A stretch of 64,000 bases of DNA, taken from contig OY781964.1 of NCBI GenBank assembly GCA_963677485.1, positions 1,888,001 to 1,952,000 on the forward strand, read 5' to 3'. Source of the DNA: Armatimonadota bacterium (GTDB taxonomy: Bacteria > Armatimonadota > HRBIN16). A program made the position numbers and the translations under genes. This document shows, piece by piece, positions 10,195-19,225 of this stretch. The stretch's first letter is position 1. Every line of letters begins with the position of its first letter. The notes below the pieces were generated by a model. That model ran no database searches. It was not told where the DNA came from and worked only from the letters and a program-made list of their open reading frames with translations.

Positions 10195-11847
10195 AGGCGG
10201 CTTAGCCGCAACCAAAAAAGGAATGATTGCATTCGCCACGTAATATACATTCAAACACCCTTTCGTGAGGTTGCCCAGAATGACATCACTTCAAGAACGC
10301 TATGCAAAGCAGATAGCTGGGGTATATTCATGCTTCGACCGCATAGTTATCACCGGTACAATCCCAGGCTGGTGTCATAGCGACGGAATGGGCATCTATC
10401 TTCATCAACGCAACATCAGGCTATTTGACTTTCCTAAGGAATTTGCCGAACCTCTACGAGATGAGATCAAAGCCAATGCGGAACGCCTTGCCGTTACCAA
10501 CAGCATTGAAATTGAGTATATACGCCGTGCCTCTTCATTTCGAAAAGAAGACCGCATCAAAGAGATCATTAGTAGTCGAGGGTGTCACCCCGGTCTCGTC
10601 CACATATTCTCAGTGTTGGAAAAATGTCCTGCATACACCCCGTGGCACGACAAGATTACCCACAAAACCCGGCTGAATATCAAGGAGACCAAGTGTCTTC
10701 ATTACTACTTCTATTTCATCGATGCAGAGTTTGGACTGTGCTATCTACGAGTTCCGACCTGGGTGCCCTTCCGTCTGCAATTCTATTGTAATGGACACAA
10801 TTATCTCGCGCATTGCCTTCAATCCGAGGGAGTAGTTTTCACTCCACTGGACAACGCCTTTGTAAAAATCGACGACTTTAGCTGTGCTCAGAGGCTGGCA
10901 GACGCTTTTCCTGCTGATAAGCTGCACCATGCGCTGGATGCATTTGCCAGAATGTATTGCCCCGTGATACGGCTTGCTGACAATTCATATCATTGGTCGC
11001 TAATGCAGGTGGAATATGCTACAGACATCGTGTTCAAACGCGCCGAAGACCTCAAAGCCATCTACGATAATCTAGTCAAAACAGCGATACATACGGTAAC
11101 GCCAGAGTCTATCGCGATGTTTCTTGGTAAGAAACTTGATGGGCGAACACTCGCTGAGATCGGCACTGACTACAAGTTCGATCGCCGCATACAAGGCACG
11201 CGCATCAAACACTACATGGGATGGGCTTCTATCAAAATGTATGACAAGCAAGGGATAATCTTGCGTATCGAGACGACTGTGAATGACGTCTCTGAATTTA
11301 AACACTACCGTGAGGTAGAACATCATGATGGGACGACTGAGATTAAATACGCCCCTATGCAAAAGACCATCTACAGCCTTCCTCCATTGAGGGAACTGTT
11401 ATTATCTGCAAACAACAGATATCTTGACTTTCTTTCCGCCCTTGATGACAACAGCGATGGTGAACATCAGATCATCAAAATCGCGACCTCGACCACCCGT
11501 GATCATCGCTCGTATCGAGGATTCAACCTTTTCCTCAAGAAGGATTTGGAATGTCTCATTGCACTTGCTCGCGGAGAGGGATGCATCAGCGGGATCACAA
11601 ACCGTATGCTTCAAAAAGCCTTACCGCAGATGTCCAGCTCTCAGATATCATACTTCATCAAGCGATGCCGAGTATTCCGGCTCGTTAAAAAATGCGGTAA
11701 ACGCTACAAATACTACCTCACTGCACTTGGCAAGCGTATCATCATGGCAGCACTTGCTATTCGCCAGATCGTTGTGCCTAACGCTTTGTGTGGTGCGTAA
11801 TATCAGAATATTCTATACACCGTGTTCAAAATATGGTTGGTAAGATA
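10195..11847 (+). mobile_element. Insertion element, about 1.65 kb, flanked by a duplicated CTA
   Basis: CTA lies at 10192-10194 and 11848-11850. The element interrupts an FGE domain, is lower in GC than its flanks and carries a single long ORF. The left end forms a GCGGC-TTA-GCCGC hairpin. Confidence 0.85.
10280..11800 (+). CDS. Putative transposase of the insertion element (Rep-like core, C-terminal winged helix)
   Basis: About 506 aa, starting at ATG 10280 after GAGG. Contains 'LQFYCNGHNYLA', 'QVEYATDIVF', 'IKMYDKQG..LRIETTVND' and a MarR-like wHTH ending 'YKYYLTALG'. Confidence 0.7.
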   Translation: MTSLQERYAKQIAGVYSCFDRIVITGTIPGWCHSDGMGIYLHQRNIRLFDFPKEFAEPLRDEIKANAERLAVTNSIEIEYIRRASSFRKEDRIKEIISSRGCHPGLVHIFSVLEKCPAYTPWHDKITHKTRLNIKETKCLHYYFYFIDAEFGLCYLRVPTWVPFRLQFYCNGHNYLAHCLQSEGVVFTPLDNAFVKIDDFSCAQRLADAFPADKLHHALDAFARMYCPVIRLADNSYHWSLMQVEYATDIVFKRAEDLKAIYDNLVKTAIHTVTPESIAMFLGKKLDGRTLAEIGTDYKFDRRIQGTRIKHYMGWASIKMYDKQGIILRIETTVNDVSEFKHYREVEHHDGTTEIKYAPMQKTIYSLPPLRELLLSANNRYLDFLSALDDNSDGEHQIIKIATSTTRDHRSYRGFNLFLKKDLECLIALARGEGCISGITNRMLQKALPQMSSSQISYFIKRCRVFRLVKKCGKRYKYYLTALGKRIIMAALAIRQIVVPNALCGA

Positions 11848-12664
11848 CTATTACCAAATAGCACCTGGCAGAAACCCTCTCGGTCCCGTTGATGGCCAAT
11901 ATCGGCTGATGCGTGGTGGGTCGTGGCTCGACGGTGCCGAAGCCAGTTCGTTCCGCTGTTCGTTCCGAACCTACAATCTACCTACGAACCGGTACATCAG
12001 CATCGGCTTTCGTTGCGCCATGACGGAATAGCGGCTTGCGCATTGCCAAGACAGCCGCCTCTGCCCATTTGCGAGTATGCGATCAAGCCCTACACACCAC
12101 GGTTTTGCACAGGTGTCATCCGCATACCTGGCGGCTCCATGGGCAAGCCGGGTCTCAGTAAGGCCTTTACGCAAGGAAAATACATCGGCATCAACTGGAA
12201 TGTATCTGGTGCTGATACCGCCGAGAAATGCCTGGCTGCGAGCATCATTGCAGCTAATGTGAAACAGTGGGCGAATAAACGGCAATGCCTGGTGGTTTTG
12301 GACCACGATTCCTCTATGAAGAAGAGCCTTCCTGCTGCTTTATAGATGATCATCCCCTACTATCTTTCGAAGGGGTATCACTTCGGTACACTCTGTTCCG
12401 ATAGCTCCTGGCGAAAAGCCGTGGCTGCCGGACTGGTTCCACAAGAGCCCGCTTATACAATCAATAACAAAATCAAGCCGAAGTTATGAGTGGTTTTCCT
12501 GTCCCCAGACAACATGATGACCGCGCGTTGAATGCCTGGTTTCCGTGCAGCAGGCTTGCCCGTGGCCTGCAGATGGAGGTAAAATGCATTCGGTGATACC
12601 GCATTTTGCCTCAACCAACCGATGATTCCCCGCTCATGCGGGTTGATACAAGGAGATTCAGCTT

Positions 12665-13621
12665 ATGATCGTCCCCACCAGTGTGCTGTTTAAGCACGCG
12701 TATTTAAAATACGCACTTGGTGCATACAACATCAACAACCTCGAGCAGACCATGGGCCTGTTCAAGGGTAACATGGATTCCAAGGCACCCTTCATTATCC
12801 AGATTTCCAAGGGCGCACGCAGCTACACCGACAAGCGCATGCTTGAGGCGATGATCCGCGCAGCAGACGAAATCTGGCCAGACGCACTTTTTGCTGTTCA
12901 CCTTGACCATGGCGACGAAGAAGCATGTATGGACTGCATCGCCAGCGGCTTCTACAGCTCCGTGATGATCGACGGCAGCAGCCTTCCCCTGGAAGAGAAC
13001 ATCGCCGTCACCAAGCGTGTCGTCGAAGCAGCTCATGCTAAAGGCGTGAGCGTGGAAGCGGAACTCGGCACCCTGGGTGGCGTGGAAGAGCACGTTGCAG
13101 TGGACGAGAAAAATGCGCACCTCACCGACCCCAAAGAGGCAGAGTATTTCATCAAGAAGTCCGGCTGCGACAGCCTCGCCTGCGCGATTGGCACCAGCCA
13201 TGGCGCATTTAAGTTCAGCGGTGGTCAGGGTATCCATTTCGAGATCATTGACGCCATCCGCGAACTAGAGCCAGGTTTCCCGCTAGTTATGCACGGTTCC
13301 TCCAGCGTTCCGCAAGAAGAAGTTGAGTTGATCAACAAATACGGCGGCGCCATCAAGGGTGCCAAGGGTGTGGATGCTAACCAGTACCTGCCCGCAGCCA
13401 AGAAGGGCGTCACCAAAATCAACATCGACACCGACGGCCGCCTGGTGTGGTGCCGTGTTCACCGCCAGATGTTCGTAGAGAAGCCTGAAAACTTCGACCT
13501 GCGACCTCCCGGTATCATCTTCCAGAAGGAATATGCCAAGTTCATCGCCAGCCGCAATGTACTGCTTGGTTCCGCTGGTCAGTTGGATTCCGCCCGTGAG
13601 TTCTGCAAAGCCAATCTGTAG
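12665..13621 (+). CDS. fba: Class II fructose-1,6-bisphosphate aldolase
   Basis: Motifs 'VHLDHG', 'SSVMIDGS', 'VEAELG', 'AIGTSHGAFK', 'LVMHGSS' and 'KINIDTD'. AGGAG RBS upstream. Confidence 0.95.
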   Translation: MIVPTSVLFKHAYLKYALGAYNINNLEQTMGLFKGNMDSKAPFIIQISKGARSYTDKRMLEAMIRAADEIWPDALFAVHLDHGDEEACMDCIASGFYSSVMIDGSSLPLEENIAVTKRVVEAAHAKGVSVEAELGTLGGVEEHVAVDEKNAHLTDPKEAEYFIKKSGCDSLACAIGTSHGAFKFSGGQGIHFEIIDAIRELEPGFPLVMHGSSSVPQEEVELINKYGGAIKGAKGVDANQYLPAAKKGVTKINIDTDGRLVWCRVHRQMFVEKPENFDLRPPGIIFQKEYAKFIASRNVLLGSAGQLDSAREFCKANL

Positions 13622-13645
13622 TCTTTCGATTGGTACGGTTCGAAA

Positions 13646-13674
13646 GCCCCTCCTTGACCGGAGGGGCCTTTTTT
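13646..13674 (+). terminator. Intrinsic terminator of fba
   Basis: GCCCCTCC-ttgacc-GGAGGGGC stem-loop followed by a T-tract. Confidence 0.85.
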
Positions 13675-13745
13675 CGTATGTATGAGTAGCCGTTTATGAG
13701 GGCAGGCTAATACCCACAAATGAATAACAGGTATATGGCCACGGT

Positions 13746-13900
13746 GCCGCGACATGAATGTCTCGGCTATTGACATGCCAAGCCTGCTGAAGCAGTCTGG
13801 GTGCAGCCACCATACAACAACGGCACCCTCCCAGGGCGAAGCCCTGCAGCCTGCTTCAGCAGGCTTGGTATGACAATAGCCATGTGCTTTAGCGCGTGGC
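13746..13900. repeat. REP/MITE-like palindromic element
   Basis: 31-bp inverted repeat at 13765-13795 / 13851-13881 (2 mismatches) with small terminal hairpins. A partial reverse copy lies near 36527-36554. Confidence 0.75.
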
Positions 13901-13935
13901 GGTGCTTCAATGATATTTGTGTGTATGAGTAGCCG

Positions 13936-15735
13936 TTATTTGGGCATGGATGGGGTATGGCGTATGGAGCCAGTGAATAGCGGCGTCATCCCGGGCTTTG
14001 TTCGAGGATACACGCCGACCACGCTGTTCCCTTCCCACAGATAGCTCATCTTCAAATCCGGCACCGAAGGCCACAAGCCCGACACCGTATGCTCAAACCG
14101 TATGACCGGGTATGTGATGCTCAGCGTATCACCTGCTGAGGCGCTAAACTGCAGGTAATCACCTGACCACTTCGGACTGATCTGCTTGGAGTTCTGAAAG
14201 GCCCGTATAGCGTCTCGTTCAGCCCAGTGTGGGGGACGGATATAGAACCGGTCACTGACACGGGCAGTGACCGACAACCGCCCCTCATCCGGCAGGGATG
14301 AGCTCACAGTTCCCCACTCGGAATCGCGGCTGAAGCACATATTGACATAAACGCCAGATGGCCCTAACGGTGAGTTGGGGTTCTTGCAGATGGTGTTCAG
14401 CCAGGTGGTATACACTGCACGCATACCCTCCGGTGCGCAGCAACCTGCGATTTTGAACACATAACCGGCTCCGCCAAGTTGACTGTTTTCGAAGTCGTTC
14501 AGCCCGGCGTTGTAGAACCCGCCCTGGAATTTACGGACCTCTGCCAGTCCATTTTCAACCTTCTCTTTTCCCAGTGCTTTATTCATTTCTCGATATTTCG
14601 TCTCAAACTCTGGGGTTGCAATGAACTGCAGATTACCTATATAGTTCCGCATGTAGCGTTCGATATAGTCGTAGTATTCCGGGTGCCCATCAAGCGCGAT
14701 GTATGAGGCCGTGGACATCATATCGGATATCAGACAAACCTCGGTGCACGTCGATGCCCAGGCTGGTGCTGCAGGAAACCATCCCGTTCCGGTGCTGCGG
14801 CTGAGCATCCAGTCCCATGAACGCTTGGCAAACTCCACATACCGCCTCTCTTCAGTCACTATACCCAGATGGGCAATCCCCCAGACCGCATGCATGGTCA
14901 TGTGGCCATGACCGCTGCCAAAGTTTCCATCAGCCGCGAATGCGATGCTGCCAGGCTGCAATCCCTCTATGATCCCATCTGCATACGCCCTGGCGAAATC
15001 CAACGCTTCAGCGTCACCAGTTGACAGCCAATAGTTGATCAGTGCTTCGACTAAGGGTGCTGGTTGGGCCGTTGGTAATGCGACGGTGCCGTCTGGATGC
15101 ATCCCGCCCATCCCGCTTAGAATCCAGCACCGGCCTTTTGCGTCCCACACCGCCAGCTTCTTCAACATGAGCATGATCTTCCGAGCCAGTGCTTTCGACT
15201 TTGGATTACTCGTCCTGCGATAGTCTTCCGAAAGACTCGTCAGAATCTTGGTCGCACCCCATATATGGATGATGTAGTCGCTCTTTTTGTATACAGCGTC
15301 GACATTGCCCTCATAGAAACATCCTGGCGCACTCCACACGTAACCATTGTCATCGACATAGCTCAACATGCGCTTATGGAAAGCCTTCTCGACATCGCGC
15401 CCCATATCTGAGCCGGTGATGTCGCGCATGTAATACCACTCCCAATCCATACGGGCATCTGTGTCACAAGGCACAATCGGGTCGGTACCCTCTGGAGCTG
15501 GCGGGCACTGGTAGGTAAAACACTGGAAGACAGGATCATAGTTCAGGTGCTTACGGGGTGATTCCGTTAGGTAACGCAGTGACCATTGGGCCATGCGGTT
15601 CAAGTCGATATCTTCAGATCGTGCGAGAACAGAGGATTGCGAAGCTGCCTCGGACACTTGTTTTGCCAGCCGGATGTTTCTGACCGTTCCTGTCAGGCCC
15701 TTAATACTTGCCGCCGTCACAGATGCAGTGCTCAT
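13936..15735 (-). CDS. GH127-like (beta-L-arabinofuranosidase-like) glycoside hydrolase
   Basis: 599 aa with Cys/Glu motifs 'TCTEVC' and 'GCCAPEG', plus C-terminal beta-sandwich motifs 'FYIRPPHW' and 'GDTLSITYP'. Confidence 0.65.
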   Translation of the reverse strand: MSTASVTAASIKGLTGTVRNIRLAKQVSEAASQSSVLARSEDIDLNRMAQWSLRYLTESPRKHLNYDPVFQCFTYQCPPAPEGTDPIVPCDTDARMDWEWYYMRDITGSDMGRDVEKAFHKRMLSYVDDNGYVWSAPGCFYEGNVDAVYKKSDYIIHIWGATKILTSLSEDYRRTSNPKSKALARKIMLMLKKLAVWDAKGRCWILSGMGGMHPDGTVALPTAQPAPLVEALINYWLSTGDAEALDFARAYADGIIEGLQPGSIAFAADGNFGSGHGHMTMHAVWGIAHLGIVTEERRYVEFAKRSWDWMLSRSTGTGWFPAAPAWASTCTEVCLISDMMSTASYIALDGHPEYYDYIERYMRNYIGNLQFIATPEFETKYREMNKALGKEKVENGLAEVRKFQGGFYNAGLNDFENSQLGGAGYVFKIAGCCAPEGMRAVYTTWLNTICKNPNSPLGPSGVYVNMCFSRDSEWGTVSSSLPDEGRLSVTARVSDRFYIRPPHWAERDAIRAFQNSKQISPKWSGDYLQFSASAGDTLSITYPVIRFEHTVSGLWPSVPDLKMSYLWEGNSVVGVYPRTKPGMTPLFTGSIRHTPSMPK

Positions 15736-16154
15736 TCATAATCTCCAAAACGCGACAACCAATCTGCCGTATATGTAGTTAGCCAACGAACCGCCGTCAA
15801 AAGATGACGCCCAGATCAGACCACGTTGATAGTATCATAACCCGCGGGTTTGCACAGGTCTATGTTTTTCGGTCATTGTGAGCATCATAGCTTCGGTACC
15901 GGTGGCATGTAGGTACACCCAGGGCGATTCGCCAATCGCCCCAAGTACGCTGAAGCGGACGGGGGAATACTCCCTGCGCCGGCCGGAGCGTAGCGACGCC
16001 GGCCGCTAATGATCAGCCACGCGGTGAGGAAACCCCGTAGGGACGCCAGTCCCGTGGGGTGACTGAACCCGTGGCCATTTGCCAATATCGTCAGTTACAC
16101 CCTGGGCTGCCGTGCCATCACGGGCGGTTGCTTGTTCCTGACACACATCATCCA

Positions 16155-16830
16155 TGGCTATCCGCCAGACCGGCGCGGTCTTGGGACTTCCGCCACCGCT
16201 AGCGTACCGCCAGACCGCCCCGGACAGTGGCAATTGGGTACCCATCCACGTCATCCTTGGTTCAGACAATCCGCGTTCATCTGTGTCCATTCGTGTCTAT
16301 CGGTGTAAATTCGTGGTTGAAAATGAATCCATAACTATTTCGTGCCAATCGCCCCCTGCTACGAAAAAAGACCGGCGCGGTCTTGAGCCTTCTGCATCCG
16401 CTAACCTACAGCCAGACCGCCCCGGACATAGCCAATTGGGCTGTGGTGTGCTCACGACAATCCGCGTTTATCTGTGTCCATTCGTGTCTATCGGCGTTTA
16501 TTCGTGGTTAAGAAATGAATCCAAACAATTTCGTGCCAATCGCCCCCTGCTACGAAAAAAGACCGGCGCGGTCTTGAGCCTTCTGCATCCGCTAGCGTAC
16601 CGCCAGACCGCCCCGGACAGTGGCATTTGGGCACCCATCCATGTCATCCGTGGTTCAGACAATCGGCGTTCATCTGTGTCCATTCGTGTTTATCGGTGTT
16701 AATTCGTGGTTAAGAATTGAATCCAAAACAATTTCGTGCCAATCGCTCCCTGCTTAGGAAAAAGACCGGCGCGGTCTCGAGCCTTCTGCAGCCATGAGCC
16801 TGCGCGCAGACCTCCCCGGACAGTGGCAAT
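16155..16830. repeat. Tandem array of ~200-bp units (four GACCGGCGCGGTCT...CCCCGGAC cores)
   Basis: Cores start at about 16168, 16370, 16561 and 16764. They alternate with 'ATCTGTGTCCATTCGTG...TTTCGTGCCAATCGC' linkers. Confidence 0.9.
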
Positions 16831-17076
16831 GCGTGGCTGCAACGTAAGCGAACAGTTGGTGGTGCCGATTCTATGTCTTCTATTGACCAAATGCAGGCTA
16901 GCAGTTATCATATTTGAGGCATATAGGCATTTGGGAACAAAATACATGGTAATTTCCGTCTATATTTCACAGGACGTAAACATTGGTCGTCAGGTTAAGG
17001 TATAACTAACATATCATCACCCCCCGCCCAAAGGGGCCTGTCAACGCACACTCCGTGCGGGAAAGGGGCAAACACA

Positions 17077-17562
17077 ATGAGCACGACACACCTAAGAGGC
17101 TTTCTTCTCACTGAAGAGGGCCATGAAACACTAAAAAAAGAGCTGGAGCATCTGGTCAGCGTCGGTCGAAAAGAGATTGCCGACCGCATCCGTACCGCCA
17201 AAGAGTTCGGGGAGATCACAGATAATCCCGAGTATGATGATGCCAAAAACCAGCAAGCCTACATAGAGGGCCGGATCGAGGAGCTTCATAGCTTCCTGGA
17301 CAATGCGTATACTATAAACAGTGACAGCATCACCACCGATACTGTGGGATTCGGCTCGGTCGTTACAGTTTACGACGCCGACAACGACGATGAGTGGACT
17401 TTTCGACTGGTCAGCGCGCCTGAGGCTGGCGATGACGATGATCTGCTATCGATTGACTCTCCTCTAGGCAAGGCACTGGTAGGGCACGCCCCAGGCGAAT
17501 CGCTGGAGGTAAAAGCCCCCGCAGGTACGGTGAGAATTAAGATATTGGGTATTTCAAAATAG
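17077..17562 (+). CDS. greA: Transcription elongation factor GreA
   Basis: Motifs 'LTEEG...LKKELEHL', 'AKEFGEITDNPEYDDAK' and 'SIDSPLGKALVG'. Confidence 0.95.
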   Translation: MSTTHLRGFLLTEEGHETLKKELEHLVSVGRKEIADRIRTAKEFGEITDNPEYDDAKNQQAYIEGRIEELHSFLDNAYTINSDSITTDTVGFGSVVTVYDADNDDEWTFRLVSAPEAGDDDDLLSIDSPLGKALVGHAPGESLEVKAPAGTVRIKILGISK

Positions 17563-19068
17563 ATGGAACAGACAACCGTACAGGACCTGAACGATCAGAT
17601 GATGCGCCGCCGCGAAAAGCTGGCGGCGCTAGTCGACATGGGGCTCAACCCATACGCAATAGAGGCCTTCGAGCGCACACACACCTGCCAGAAGGTTCAT
17701 GATGAATTTGAGGCACTGACCGAGCAGCAAGTCGCGGTGTGCGGTCGTGTCGTGGCATTACGCCATATGGGCAAAGCGGCCTTCCTGCATGTGGAGGACT
17801 GGAGCGGAAAAATCCAGGCCTACCTGCGTAAGGACGACATCGGCGAAGACAAATGGCCGGTCGTGAAGCTGCTGGACCTCGGTGACTATATCGGTGTGAC
17901 CGGTAAGCCGTTCATCACCAAAACCGGTGAGCAGTCCATCCACGCCGAAAGTGTGTTGGTGCTCAGCAAATGCCTGCGCCCTATTCCTTACGGCAAAGAG
18001 AAGGAAGGGCAGAACTGGAACACGCTCCAGGACGTGGAGATACGCTATCGCCAGCGCTATCTTGACCTGCTGACCAACGATGAGGGCCGCAACCGGCTGG
18101 TACAGCGCTGCCACATCATATCGGAGGTTCGCCGCTGGCTGGATGACCGCGGCTTCCTGGAGGTCGAAACCCCCATGCTGCAGGAAGTGGCAGGCGGGGC
18201 CGCCGCCCGGCCTTTCATGACGCACCACAACGCGCTGGATTTCGACTTCAAGCTGCGCATCAGCATCGAGCTCTACCTGAAGCGACTGATCGTGGGCAAC
18301 ATCGAAAAGGTGTATGAAATCGGCAAGGTGTTCCGCAACGAGGGCATGGACCGCCGTCATAACCCGGAGTTCACTCTGCTGGAGCTGTATCAAGCCTACG
18401 TGAACCTGGAAGAGATGATGGAGATCACCGAACAACTTTTCTACACATGCTGTATGAAGCTGCACGGTGTGCCGTACATCGAAGTGGCCGGCGAGAAGGT
18501 AGACTTCACCCCGCCGTGGCCCCGCCGCAGCATGATGTCGCTGATTGAGGAGTATGCCGGGGTCAAGCCGGAAGAGCTTGCGACATTTGATACCGCTTGT
18601 GCCGCGATGAAGCGATGCGGCCTGCCTACCGCTGACGAGAACCAGGTGGGCGGAATCATGGAGAAGCTGCTGGAGCGGTTTGTTCAGCCCAGAATGATTC
18701 AGCCGATCTTCATCACCGATCATCCGCTGGAGACGTCCCCTCTGGCTAAGAAGAAGCAGGATGATCCTACGCTCACACGCCGTTTTGAGGCCTATATGCT
18801 GGGCCAAGAGGTAGCTAACGCCTTTAGCGAGTTGAACGACCCTGACGACCAACGTGAGCGGTTTATGGAGCAATTGCGCATGAGGGCTGCCGGTGATGAT
18901 GAGGCCCATCCGCTTGATGAAGACTTCCTGCAGTGCCTGGAATACGGCATGCCGCCTACGGGTGGTTTGGGGATTGGCATGGACCGCATGGCCATCATCC
19001 TGACAGCCGCCGATAGCATCCAGGATGTGATGTTCTTCCCTGCCATGAAGCCGAAGTCACAAGGCTAG
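17563..19068 (+). CDS. lysS: Lysine--tRNA ligase (class II)
   Basis: Motifs 'RYRQRYLDL', 'EVETPML', 'GGAAARPF', 'FRNEG...HNPEFT', 'NAFSELNDP' and 'YGMPPTGGLGIGMDR'. Confidence 0.97.
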   Translation: MEQTTVQDLNDQMMRRREKLAALVDMGLNPYAIEAFERTHTCQKVHDEFEALTEQQVAVCGRVVALRHMGKAAFLHVEDWSGKIQAYLRKDDIGEDKWPVVKLLDLGDYIGVTGKPFITKTGEQSIHAESVLVLSKCLRPIPYGKEKEGQNWNTLQDVEIRYRQRYLDLLTNDEGRNRLVQRCHIISEVRRWLDDRGFLEVETPMLQEVAGGAAARPFMTHHNALDFDFKLRISIELYLKRLIVGNIEKVYEIGKVFRNEGMDRRHNPEFTLLELYQAYVNLEEMMEITEQLFYTCCMKLHGVPYIEVAGEKVDFTPPWPRRSMMSLIEEYAGVKPEELATFDTACAAMKRCGLPTADENQVGGIMEKLLERFVQPRMIQPIFITDHPLETSPLAKKKQDDPTLTRRFEAYMLGQEVANAFSELNDPDDQRERFMEQLRMRAAGDDEAHPLDEDFLQCLEYGMPPTGGLGIGMDRMAIILTAADSIQDVMFFPAMKPKSQG

Positions 19069-19090
19069 AATCCCGCAGGGTAGCCGCCTT

Positions 19091-19129
19091 AAGTCCGTCG
19101 ACCAGTTATTAGCTGGCCGGCGGACTTTT
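19091..19129 (+). terminator. Terminator-like hairpin after lysS
   Basis: AAGTCCGTCGaCCAGTT-att-AGCTGGcCGGCGGACTT stem followed by TT, located between convergent genes. Confidence 0.6.
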
Positions 19130-19225
19130 ACATTTATAGGACCGGTAGGATGAGTAAGACGAGTAGGACAGTGGAATACCCAGCGGTTCTCTCCTGCTCT
19201 CCTACCCTCCGATACTCCTCTTCTC

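Larger units (their letters stand above)
8684..12031 (+). pseudogene. IPT/TIG + dockerin-like + FGE-sulfatase (SUMF1) domain gene interrupted by an insertion element
   Basis: The 5' part (8684..10195) ends at 'DMAGNTWEWCNDWYSTT'. The 3' part (11849..12031) continues 'YYQIAPGRNPLGP...RLMRGGSW...IGFRCA'. Removing the insert restores one 563-aa frame. Confidence 0.9.

Noticed and set aside
11849-12031. Diversity-generating retroelement target (FGE/CLec C-terminus)
   Set aside because: No template repeat with adenine-specific mismatches and no reverse transcriptase in the window.
12032-12600. Short overlapping ORFs between the FGE gene and fba
   Set aside because: No recognisable motifs or RBS. 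They may be a gene remnant but cannot be supported.
16154-16702. ORFs inside repeats (also 26533..27027 and the N-terminal extensions of 52957..56436, 58464, 60379 and 62542)
   Set aside because: They are translations of GC-rich repeat DNA with no RBS. Better starts with RBS or signal peptides lie downstream.
16155-16830. CRISPR array
   Set aside because: Units are about 200 bp with conserved rather than unique spacers and degenerate repeats, and no cas genes are present. The same applies to 26365-26780.
17758-18909. Long antisense ORFs (also 21580..22644, 26963..27961 and 52846..53616)
   Set aside because: They are shadows of well-supported genes on the opposite strand, expected from high-GC codon bias.
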